DNA from: Malacoraja senta
Lineage: Eukaryota
Assembly (NCBI GenBank): GCA_038087875.1
Contig: JAXLNO010001541.1
Span: forward strand, 62,001 to 126,000
Direction: 5' to 3'
Length of the DNA stretch: 64,000 nt
The notes under the pieces are model-generated. The model was not told the origin of the DNA, ran no database searches, and saw only the letters and a list, made by a program, of their open reading frames with translations. How positions within the stretch are numbered: position 1 is the stretch's first letter; each line of letters opens with the position of its first letter. Position numbers and translations under genes: made by a program. Below, one piece after another: positions 11,861 through 22,365 of this stretch.

Positions 11861-12100
11861 GAGCCCCACTCTCCCACTCTGCAGCGGGGGCCGTCAGTCC
11901 GCTGGTGATGGTGTCTGCACCTCCGATCCTCTCTGCACCATGAGTTGTCACCCCGTCTTCTCTCTTCATTCCATTCACTTGCCAGGTTACCCTGAATACC
12001 TCTAAATCATTGTGAACCACCTTACACAGAATGGTGGCTGTCTTGTTGATCCAGATCTCTTCGAAGGAAGGTTTGCTTAAAGTGACCGAGGGGTGGGTAT
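11861..12100 (-). pseudogene. 3'-truncated CH5 exon (IgNAR C4-like)
   Basis: Intact acceptor and DTHPSVTLSKPSFEEIW...AEWESGA; homology to the intact copy then stops before the second Cys (LYTC) and the donor, and SINE-like sequence follows. Confidence 0.88.
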
Positions 12101-13087
12101 CTGAACAGCCATCTAGAAAAATCACAATTATTATGTCATCGTTCCCTGATGGAGCAGCTTGCCACTGAAGTATTTTGTGTTCATCTCCACCGAATGATAT
12201 GCCGGTCCAATCAACTTCAGGGAGTTTTATCTACATTGGTGTAGGAATGAAGCTTCCTATTGATCCCACAAGGAAACCTTGCTAAACAATGTGAATGAAC
12301 AAGTTGACTTTTACATTATTTGACAGTTTTGTGATCATTGAACCTGTTACCAGCTATTTACTGAATCAAATGTATGAAATTCCCTCTGAGGAGAGGCAAA
12401 TCAAGCTAATGTTTGAGGTCAAAATGTTCAGTTCAGTTTAGTTTATTGTCACGTGTACCGAGGTACAGTGAAAAGCTTGTGTTGCGTACTAACCAGTCAG
12501 CGGAAAGTTCTTCACTTTATATTATAAATTAGAAGCAGCGGCATTATGTTATTTAGTCGCGAGTGGTCTGGAGTAGGAACCTCACCTCCCCATGTCCTCC
12601 AAGGATGTTGCCTGACCTGCTGAGTTACTCCAGCACTTTGTGTCCTTTCATTTAGTCACAACTGTTTAAATGCAGTTTGTATCCATGAGGTGTAACTAAA
12701 CTCTCCTGCTGCTTTGTCAGAATGTTGTGTGTTGCAGCCGGCCTGTTCCAGAGGCTGCTACACATTGCCCAGACTGACTGTTGCCACGCTGGGGCAGGGA
12801 GAGAGCTGCTCTGCTGGACACTCTGTCACAGCTGAGGCACCCACTGGCATTAAGTACAAAGGCAGAGGGAAAGACCGTTTTGAAGAAGAGTATCGTGGAT
12901 CTCCACCGTGTCTGGCCTGTCGACTGGCTTGGATTGCCCTCAAGTTTCTAAAGCAATGTCAAAGATACAATTATTTCTGTGGCCAGACTCACTTACAAGC
13001 CCACAACAGGACTGCACCGTGTTACAGTGTTGCCCATGTGTGACACAGTTTACAATGTGGAGAATGGAGTGAATCCCAGGAGCCTAC

Positions 13088-13405
13088 CTTGGATGTTCTT
13101 CACATCCTTCGTGATGATGGTGTTGGAGGCGCGATGATACACTGTACAATCGAAGCGTGAGCCTGACTTCCAATCCTCTGTACTCATGGTCAGGAAGTGG
13201 ATGGCACTGAAAGTGCCCCCCTGCTCCAGAGCAGTTGGTGCAGCACTGGTGTTGTTGGAGATCAGGGCACCGTCTTTACTCCAAGTGACGGTGATGAGGT
13301 CTGGGTAGAATCCAGAGACCACACACTCGAGGGTGACCTTGTGGCTACGCTTGGTCTCTTCGTGTGCTGGAAGCAGCAGTCTGACTTCAGGTTTTTTGGG
13401 CTCAA
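13088..13405 (-). CDS. IgW CH4 exon (IgNAR C3-like)
   Basis: 318 nt, acceptor ctctgttccag|TT, donor CAAG|GTAGG; VEPKKPEVRLLLP...LECVVSGFYPD...PTALEQGGTF...W...FDC. Confidence 0.93.
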
Positions 13406-13951
13406 CTGGAACAGAGGAAAATAAATGTTAAACTCTCTCATAGAGTCATAGAGTGATACAGTGTGGAAACAGGCCCTTCAGCCCAACTTGCCCACCCTGG
13501 CCAACATGTCCCAGTTACATTAGTCTCATCTGCCGTGTTTGGTCCCCATCCCTCCAAACCTGTCCCTGTCTGTTTTTTTAATGTTAGGATAGTCCCTGCC
13601 TCAACTACCTGCTCTGGCAGCTTGTTTCATACATCCTCCAACCTTTGCGTGAAAACGTTACCCCTCAGATTCCTATTAAATCTTTCCCCCTTCACCTTAA
13701 ACCTATGTCCTCTGGTATTCAATTCACCTACTCTGGGCAAGAGACTCTGTGCATCTATCCAATCTATTTCTCTCATGATTTTATACACCTCAATAAGATA
13801 TTCCCTCATCCTCCTACGCTCCAAGGAATAGAGTCCCAGCCCACTCAACCTCTCCCTATAGCTCTCTAGCCCTGGCAACATCCTTGTAAATCCCCTCTGT
13901 ACCCTCTCTCTCTCTCTGTCACGGCCATTTAATCACTGATCTGTTGCCCAC

Positions 13952-14254
13952 CTTTGTTATGGTTGGTCCGCGCTGACACTGGTGAGGATGATGAAGATTG
14001 TTGGGCGAAGCACACAAACTCCACCCCGCTGGTCCACTCCTCCACGCTGGTCCGGAGTTCACTGATCACTGGGTTTCGGGTGCCTTCATGGCTCAGTGTA
14101 CGGGTCACAACTCCTTTACTTCTCTCCTTTCCTCCCACCTTCCAGGTGAGATGGACCTGGCTCGGATCACTACAGATCACTGAACACACCAGCGTAGCGG
14201 TCTTGTTGATCCAAATCTCTTTCATGCCAGGATTTTGAATGAAGACGGACAATA
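13952..14254 (-). CDS. IgW CH3 exon (IgNAR C2-like)
   Basis: 303 nt, AG/GT phase 1; VLSVFIQNPGMKEIWINKTATLVC...W...SVEEWTSGVEFVC. Confidence 0.93.
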
Positions 14255-14535
14255 CTGTGGATCAGAAATGGAAAAGTTCAGAATTTTAGTTGAGACTCAT
14301 CTGTTACTAAAGGGCCCGTCCCACTTACGCGACTTTTTCGGCGACTGCCGGCACCCGTCATAGGTCGTTGCAGGTCGCCGAAAATTTTCAACATGTTGAA
14401 AATCCAACGGCGACCAGAACAAGGTACGACTCATTGGGCGACTACTCCAACTCTGGGCACTCGTAAGCCTGCACTCCTTTCACCTTTGTACCACTTGCTG
14501 TGTCACGTTGCAATGTTGCCCACAAGCACCAAAAC

Positions 14536-14783
14536 TCACTCAGCAGATCCCATCTCTCCTCCTTGAAATGAGGAATGATGGTAAATGTGAATCCAGGAGT
14601 TGTCGATCTGGTGACATGAGCTCCAAATTCCAACCCGTGATCTGGGAATTTCAATTCTATTAATAAATGCATTCTGACGTAAAACGCTTCCGTTGGTGGT
14701 GACGCATGTTGATAGTTCACTGCTGCACTTCATGGAAGGGAATGTGTCATCATATCTGTTCTGGCCAGTACGCAACTCCACAC
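14536..14783 (-). CDS. Candidate second alternative terminal exon (82 aa, 3 Cys)
   Basis: Acceptor ccattttgctacag|GT gives a phase-1 open frame to TGA; no homology recognised and no clear polyA signal. Confidence 0.35.
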
Positions 14784-16206
14784 CTGTAGCAAAATGGCTA
14801 CAGACTAGTGTCAGTTTAGTGTGACTGTGCTCCAGTGAAGACTTTGAGGCGTTTCAGTAATTGATAGAAACTATCTGAAATAAATTAGTGGCTGACTCTC
14901 CAGCGACAGCAGAGCAAATCATAAATGGTTAGAAGTATTAAGGTCCCCCTCCTGCTGCAGATTGGGATGAAATACTGCATTAGATGTATTTTCCCGTTTC
15001 AGAATCATTGGGCGAGGAAGAGAATAATTTATTCATTCATTGCCCCTGACTGACCTGCACTGCCACTTGTCTTCTGAAGCAGCAATATGAGTCTAGTTGC
15101 ACTCAGATCACTCTCGTGTGGGCACTGTTTACACACTCAGTCACTTGGACCACATGAGCTGTTTTTGCTCTCAAGCACTTATTGTGGAGGGTGATTACGT
15201 TTGTGTCAGAATTGAAACTTTCAGTGAGCCTGGAGATTAAAGCCTTCAGCTGCGTAGAAGCAGAGGTCATACACAGTATCTGTCTGACAGGAGACATAAC
15301 ATTTGTCAATGTAAGATGTTGTCTATTTCACAACCCCTCATTCTTTAAGCAAAATGGCGAGCAAATTCCTTTCAAAAATAGTTATGTGCGTGATATTAGT
15401 GTGGATGACAGTTGTTGCAGTGTCATCAGAAATTTGTAAGCCTAGTTTAACCGTGTACAATGTTCTTGCTTTGTGAATCTTGTTTTAATCAGCAATGTGA
15501 TATTGTTTAACATGTGTGTTTGCAAGATGCTCAATCCCGTCCCATATCAGTGACAGTCGTGTAGTTCCACCATCGCGGTGTCGGGGGGAAATCGCCTCAT
15601 ATGAAACCTGGCAGAGTATAGATACTCTCCATGCTGTAAAATATTGGTATCTTCCACAAGAGACATTTTGTCTTGCTTATCCTTGGATGAATATAACCAA
15701 ACACGTCCATTCCTTGCAACATTCCTTGCATTCCCTGAGTTTCTCCTTTGGACTGAGGTCTGTGTCCGGGAGTTGGGTTAATAAATCTGTGGCAATTTGT
15801 GCTAACCACAGTTTTCACCCAAAGCCAGTATAGGACAGGAGAGCGGTTAGAGCCCTGGATCTTGCCTCACCAGTTTGCCTTTATTATAGGGTCACCCAAT
15901 TTTTTACTGAGCCACTTTGACATTTCACACCATTCACCTTAAACATATCCTGCCTTGCGATCTCTGGGTGGTCCTTGCTGACTAGAGTCTGAGCAAGAAG
16001 AAATCTGGCCATTGGCACTGGGATGTGAAGCAGCAATGTCTGCAAATGAATGAGTATACAGGCAACGTGGAGGGGAGAGGGAGGCAGCTTGAATTGGGTA
16101 TTTCCCCCCACTCTGGTACACTTTGATCCCAATGGATACCAGGGGTTGGATTTGAATCTTATAAATGGGTTGTAATAATAGAATGACAAATTCCATACGC
16201 AGCCAA

Positions 16207-16334
16207 TTACTTTATTTCACACTTTCCTGCCCAACAATGATACTGCCGGGTAGAACCATCTGAGAATGTCACATTGAGATTACTCTGGTAGAAGAACTTC
16301 GGCAGACACTTCGAACAGCCGGGACATTCTCCAC
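16207..16334 (-). CDS. Cys-rich secretory tail exon of short (2-C) IgW/IgX
   Basis: Acceptor cttccatttccag|GT, phase 1; (G)GECPGCSKCLPKFFYQSNLNVTFSDGSTRQYHCWAGKCEIK*, 5 Cys; matches my recollection of the skate IgX short tail. AATAAA at 16211-16216 and 15880-15885 (minus). Confidence 0.88.
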
Positions 16335-16549
16335 CTGGAAATGGAAGATTCATTGATTTAAATGTTAAGAGATTTTCACCTCCTGTGTTGAGGAAACAGG
16401 AGATCCACATATTCCCAGTCTGTGTCCTCAGTATTTATCAGCATGAGATTATGCCGACCACAATAAACTGCTTCACTTTGTCCAGGATCAGACAACACTT
16501 TAAAGAGGGTGGAGATGAGTTCAAAAATAATCCAGGGCACCGACATTTC

Positions 16550-17210
16550 AATGAAAGGGCAATCTACAGGTGACTTGGACAGGTTGGGTGAGTGGGCAGA
16601 TGCATGGCAGATGCAATTTAATGTGGATAAATGTGAGGTTATCCTTTGGTAGCAAAAATAGGAAGGCAGATTACTATCTAAATTGGGTCAAGTTGGGAAA
16701 TGGGGAAGTACAATGGGATCTCGGGGTCCTTATTCAACAGTCAATGAAAGCAAGCATGAAGGTACAGCAGGGAGTGAAGAAAGCGAATGGCATGATGGCC
16801 TTTATAACAAGAGGAGTTGAGTATAGGAGCAAAGAGGTCCTTCTGTAGTTGTACAGGGCTCTAGTGAGACCACACCTGGAGTATTGTGTGCAGTTTTGGT
16901 CCCCTAATGCGAGGAAGGACATTCTTGCTATTGAGGGAGTGCAGCGTAGGTTCATCAAGTTAATTCCTGGAATGGCGGGACTATCATATGCTGAGAGAAT
17001 GGAGTAGCTGGGCTTGTATACCCTGGAGTTTAGAAGGATGAGAGGGAATCTTATTGAAACATATAAGATTATTAAGGGTTTGGACACGCTAGAGGCAAGA
17101 AAGATATTCCTGATGTAGGGGGAGTCCAGAACCAGGGGCCATCTTTTAAGAATAAGGGGTAAGCCATTTAGAACGGAGATGAGGAAACACTTTTTCTCAC
17201 AGTTGTGAGT
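16550..17210 (+). mobile_element. CR1 3' fragment (host of the nested element; continues at 21489-21690)
   Basis: Degenerate RT C-terminus (LVRPHLEYCVQFWSP); its 3' part resumes exactly after the insertion. Confidence 0.88.
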
Positions 17211-17709
17211 CATAGAATCATAGAAAGTAGGTGCGAGAGCAGACCACCAGGCCCATCGAGCCCGCACCGCCATTCGCTCATGGCTGAACACCAAACAAAC
17301 ACCCCTACCCACAAACAGTAGACACAAGACACAGAACACAAGACACTACCCTCCCCTTTATACCGCTATCACCCCTCTCCACCCCAAGAACCGCGTGATC
17401 TCCTGGGGGAGGCAAAAAACCGGATAAAAACCCAGGTCCAATCCGGGAAAAAAATCCGGGAAATTCCTCTCCGACCCCAATCCAGGCGATCGACACTTGT
17501 CCAGGAGATCACTCAGGTCTTACTATACTAACCCTACCTAGGTCCATATCCCTGCCCTCTCCCCGTAGCCCCTTATCCCCTTGGCAGCTAAAAAAACATC
17601 TATTTTAGACTTAAATATATTTAATGTTTCTGCTTCCACTGCTCCCTGGGGCAGTGAATTCCATAAATTAACCACCCTCTGGGTGAAGAAGTTCTTCCTC
17701 ATCTCAGTT

Positions 17710-20415
17710 TTAAAAGAGCCCCCCCCTTATTCTGCAACTATGTCCCCTAGTTCTAGTTTCCCCGATCATTGGGAACATCCTCGGTGCATCCACCTGATCA
17801 AGGCCCCTCACGATCTTATATGTTTCAATGAGATCGCCTCTCATTCTTCTAAACTCCAAAGAGTAGAGTTCCAGCCTACTTAACCTTTCCTCATATGTCA
17901 ATCCCCTCATTGCAGGAATTAATCTTGTAAACCTTCGCTGCACTGCCTCCAGGGCCAGTACATCCTTTCTTAAGTATGGACCCCAGAACTGTACACAGTA
18001 TTCCAAATGTGGTCTCACTAATACTGTGTACAGCTGCAGCAAGACCTCCGTGTTTTTATACTCAATCCCCCTAGCAATAAAGGCCAAAACTCCATTGGCC
18101 TTCCTGATAGCTTGCTGCACCTGCATACTAACTTTTAGTGATTCATGTACTACTACCCCTAGATCCCTTTGCGTTGCATTACAGCGCAGCTCCTCCTCAT
18201 TTAGAAAATAACTTGCCCTATCATTTTTTTTCCCAAAGTGAATGACTTCACATTTATTAGTATTAAATTTCATCTGCCAAGTTGTTGCCCACTCACCTAG
18301 CTTATCTATATCCTTTTGCAGACTCTTCCTATCCTCCTCATCCCCTACTTTTCTTCCCATTTTTGTATCGTCCGCAAATGTTGATATATTACACTTGGTT
18401 CCCTCCTCCAAATCATTTATATAAATTGTGAACAACTGGGGTCCCAGCACCGACCCTTGCGGAACCCCGCTAGTTACCGGTTGCCATCCCGAATATGAAC
18501 CATTTATCCCCACTCTCTGCTTCCTATTTGTTAGCCAATCCTCTACCCATGCTAATATATTACCCCCAATCCCATAATTTTTTATTTTTAGCAATAGTCT
18601 CTTATGTGGCACCTTGTCAAAAGCCTTTTGGAAGTCCAAGTATACCACATCCACCGGTTCCCCTTTATCCACCCGGGTTGTTACTTCCTCAAAGAATTCG
18701 AGCAGATTCGTTAAACAGGACTTCCCCTTCACAAAACCATGCTGGTTCTGTCCGATGAAGTCATGTCCATCCAAGTGCCCCGTTAGTGTTTCTTTAATAA
18801 TTGTCTCTAACATTTTACCTACCACCGATGTTAGACTAACCGGTCTATAGTTACCCGCCTTCTGTTTACTTCCTTTTTTAAATATAGGTGTTACATTGGC
18901 CATTTTCCAATCCACTGGGACCGTTCCTGCCTCCAGGGAGTTTTGGAAAATTATCACCAATGCATCCACAATCCCCACCGCTATCTCCCTCAAGACCCTT
19001 GGATGTAATCCATCAGGCCCAGGGGATTTATCCTCCCTCAGTCTCATTAATTTCCCTAATACCACCTCCTTGGTGATCTTAATAGTATTTAGCTCCTCCA
19101 TTCCTACCGCCCCCTGTTTATCCAGCGTTGGAATATTTTTTGTGTCTTCTATGGTGAAGACTGATACAAAATACTCGTTTAATGCCTTTGCCATTTCCAT
19201 GTTCCCCACCAACAACTCTCCAGTCTCACCCTCCAATGGACCAACGTTCACCTTAGCCACCCTTTTTCTTTTTATATAGCTATAAAAACTCTTACTATTA
19301 GTTTTTATGTTGTTCGCTAAATTCCTTTCATAGTCTATTTTCCCCGTCTTAATTAATCTCTTAGTTATTTTTTGCTGACCTTTAAATGCTTCCCAATCCT
19401 CTACCCTCCCACTATCTCTGGCTACCTTATATGCCCTTGCCTTCAGCCGAATACTATCCTTTATAGTTTTACTGAGCCATGGCTGACTGTTCTTACCCTT
19501 ACCCCTTTTTTTCTTCATAGGAATAAATTTTTCTTGAAGGTTATACAGTAGATCCTTAAACGTACACCACTGCTCATGTACCGTCTTATTCTTGAGTCTG
19601 CTATCCCAGTCAACTTTGATCAGCTCAGTCCTCATACCTTCATAATCCCCCTTATTTAGACTAAGTACCCTAGCCTGAGTTTCAACCTGCTCCCCTTCTA
19701 TTTGAATATGGAATTCGACCATATTGTGGTCACTTGTTCCCAACGAGTCCCTAACTATGACATTTTTAATTAATCCTGCTTCATTACACAGGACCAGATC
19801 CAAGATTGCCTCCCCCCTTGTCGGTTCTGTGACATACTGTTCTAGGAACCCGTCTCTAATACATTCTATAAACTCTTCCTCTAGTTTACCCTGCCCAGTT
19901 TGGTTTGCCCAATTAATATGAAAATTGAAGTCCCCCATGATTACAGCAGTTCCCTTTTTACATGCGTCAACTATTTGCAGATTTATGTTCTGACTAACAG
20001 CGTCACAGCTATTTGGAGGTCTATAAATTACACCCACTAGTGTTTTTTTCCCCTTGTTATTCTCTATCTGTACCCAAGCTGTTTCACTATCCTGATCCTT
20101 CAACGCAATATCCTTCCTCTCTATTGCCGTTATTCCCTCCCTTATTAAAAGGGCCACCCCTCCTCCCTTTCTTTCCTGTCTATTTTTTCTAATTGTCGAG
20201 TACCCCTCTATATTTAACTCCCAGTCCTGATCCCCTTGCAGCCATGTCTCCGTAATGGCCACGATATCATAACTATATATACTTAATTGCACCGTTAATT
20301 CATTTATCTTATTTCGAATACTCCGTGCATTTAGATACAGCACTTTCAGATGATTTTTACTACCCTTCCTTTCTGTTTTTGCCTCTTTTACATCTAGAGC
20401 TTTATCTTCACACAT
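17710..20415 (-). CDS. CR1 ORF2: apurinic-like endonuclease + reverse transcriptase (901 aa open)
   Basis: Motifs [56 protein letters not shown]; apparent frameshift at a G7 run near 17720, just before the conserved C-terminus. Confidence 0.95.
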   Translation of the reverse strand: MCEDKALDVKEAKTERKGSKNHLKVLYLNARSIRNKINELTVQLSIYSYDIVAITETWLQGDQDWELNIEGYSTIRKNRQERKGGGVALLIREGITAIERKDIALKDQDSETAWVQIENNKGKKTLVGVIYRPPNSCDAVSQNINLQIVDACKKGTAVIMGDFNFHINWANQTGQGKLEEEFIECIRDGFLEQYVTEPTRGEAILDLVLCNEAGLIKNVIVRDSLGTSDHNMVEFHIQIEGEQVETQARVLSLNKGDYEGMRTELIKVDWDSRLKNKTVHEQWCTFKDLLYNLQEKFIPMKKKRGKGKNSQPWLSKTIKDSIRLKARAYKVARDSGRVEDWEAFKGQQKITKRLIKTGKIDYERNLANNIKTNSKSFYSYIKRKRVAKVNVGPLEGETGELLVGNMEMAKALNEYFVSVFTIEDTKNIPTLDKQGAVGMEELNTIKITKEVVLGKLMRLREDKSPGPDGLHPRVLREIAVGIVDALVIIFQNSLEAGTVPVDWKMANVTPIFKKGSKQKAGNYRPVSLTSVVGKMLETIIKETLTGHLDGHDFIGQNQHGFVKGKSCLTNLLEFFEEVTTRVDKGEPVDVVYLDFQKAFDKVPHKRLLLKIKNYGIGGNILAWVEDWLTNRKQRVGINGSYSGWQPVTSGVPQGSVLGPQLFTIYINDLEEGTKCNISTFADDTKMGRKVGDEEDRKSLQKDIDKLGEWATTWQMKFNTNKCEVIHFGKKNDRASYFLNEEELRCNATQRDLGVVVHESLKVSMQVQQAIRKANGVLAFIARGIEYKNTEVLLQLYTVLVRPHLEYCVQFWGPYLRKDVLALEAVQRRFTRLIPAMRGLTYEERLSRLELYSLEFRRMRGDLIETYKIVRGLDQVDAPRMFPMIGETRTRGHSCRIRGGLF

Positions 20416-20586
20416 CTGGATCCTCCTGTCACATTTTGATTTTCTGTTTCCCCACTGATACCCTGCTCTATTTCCTCTACCCCTGCCGTTATTACCACCC
20501 TTGATACCTCCCCCCCGCTACTTAGTTTAAAGACCTCTCTACTGCCCTAGTTATATGATTTGCCAGGACCCCAGTCCCAGCACCGT

Positions 20587-21482
20587 TCAGGTGAAGTCCG
20601 TCCTTACAGAACAGATCCCCCCGTCCCAGTACTGGTGCCGGTGGCCCAAGAAACCAAACCCATTTTTCCCACACCAGTCTTTGAGCCACGCATTCAGCTT
20701 TTTAATTTTACGTACTCTCGCCGATTTGGCCCGTGGCTCAGGTAGCAATCCGGAGATCAGTACCCTCGAGGTTCTGCTTTTTAATTTATTCCCTAACTGC
20801 TCAAACTCCTTCAGCAGATCCTCCTTCCTCGTCCTTCCTATGTCATTGGTCCCCACATGGACCACGACCACTGGATCCTCCCCCTCCCTCTGCAAGTTTC
20901 TCTCCAGCATCGCAGAGATATCCTTAACCCTAGCACCGGGTAGGCAACACAGCCTTCGGGACATGTTCTGCTGGCCGCAGAGAACCTTATCTACCCCCCG
21001 AATAATACTATCCCCTATCACAACGGCATTTCTTCTAACTCCCCCTCTTGAATGTCCCCCTGATCCACGGTGCTGCAGCCAGGTTGCTCATCCCTCCCAC
21101 AGCCCCTGATCCCGTCCTCACATTGAGTAAGAGCCTCGGTCATGCTCGTCAGGAACAAGGGCTGTGGCTCCTGCCGCATCTCCTCCTGGTTCCCCCTACC
21201 TGCCTCGCTTATGGCCACACCTTCCTTTCCTTGCTCACTCACTACTGAATTAGTTAAACTGGTCGGTGTGACCATCCCCTGGCACAAAACATCCAGGTAA
21301 TACTCCCCCTCCCTGATGTACCGCAGCGTATGAAGTTGGGTCTCCAGCTCCTCAATGCGGAGCTCGAGTTCCGCTAGCCTCAAACACTTACTGCAGCTGT
21401 AGGGATCATCTACACCATCTACATCAATGGTGTCGACAAATTCCCACATCTCACAGTATTGGCACATCTCCTGGCCGCCCAT
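20587..21482 (-). pseudogene. CR1 ORF1 (zinc finger, leucine zipper, SGNH esterase), one frameshift
   Basis: CQYC...CSKC, LELRIEELETQL, then in another frame VIGDSIIRG, CLPGARV, VHVGTNDI. Confidence 0.85.
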
Positions 21483-22056
21483 CTTGTACTGTGGAATTCT
21501 CTTCCTCAGAGGGCGGTGGAGGCCGATTCTCTGGATACTTTCAAGAGAGAGCAAGATAGGGCTCTTAAAGATAGCGGAGTCAGGGGATATGGGGAGAGGC
21601 AAGAACGGGGTACTGATTGGGGATGATCAACCATGATCATATTGAATGGCGGTGCTGGCTCGAAGGCCTACTCCTGCACCTATTGTCTATACAGAACACT
21701 CAGGAAACAGTGGAAAAAGATGAATTTGGACAAACTAACATAAAGAAGACAGTGAGAAGGGAAGAGAGATCTTCTCCAGATATCGAATGGGACCGGTGGT
21801 TTATTCACTGTCCCATTTTTCTTACCACTGCACACAAAGGCAACCAGAGGAGTGAGAGTAAACACACTGGTGACCTTCCTCTCTACATGTCCTGTAGAAT
21901 GAGTTAGAATTACTGATGGAAAGCATTGGCTTAAATTACAAAAAGCCAAATCTGAACATAATACACCGCAACAGGACTGATCTCAGGGACAGGAATTTGG
22001 TGGAAATGTCAGTAAGATTGTTTAATACTGTAAGTAAATTAACAGACACCACTCAC

Positions 22057-22365
22057 CCTCTTGATATCTCATGTTGATCCTGTCGCTGAAGCCAGAAGGC
22101 GCGTGGGTCACTTCACAAGTATATTCCTGTTTGTTGGTCCATTCCTCAACACGCAACGGCAGGTAAGCAACTGTTTCAAATCCACCATTAGTTCCCGGAG
22201 TGGACGGGAGAATGACACCCGCTTGATTAAGTCCAGCTTTTTTCCAGGAAACTTTAATATTGTCAGGAGAGAATCCAGATATCATGCAGCCCAGGACAGC
22301 AATTGTTTGATTGTGAAGAACCTCCGGAGATGGAACAAGTGGGATGAGCTGTGGAGCTCTAGAAG
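22057..22365 (-). CDS. IgW CH2 exon
   Basis: 309 nt, acceptor tgttgcag|CT, donor GAGG|GTGAGT; ASRAPQLIPLVPS...LGCMISGFSPDNIKVSW...EEWTNKQEYTCEVTH. Confidence 0.95.

Larger units (their letters stand above)
17211..21488 (-). mobile_element. Near full-length CR1-clade LINE nested inside an older CR1
   Basis: ORF1 (zinc finger/coiled coil plus GDSII...HVGTND SGNH esterase), ORF2 (APE + RT) and a 3' UTR ending in a (TTCTATGA)-type tail. The host CR1 reads gttgtgagt|ctgtggaattc across the insertion. Confidence 0.93.
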
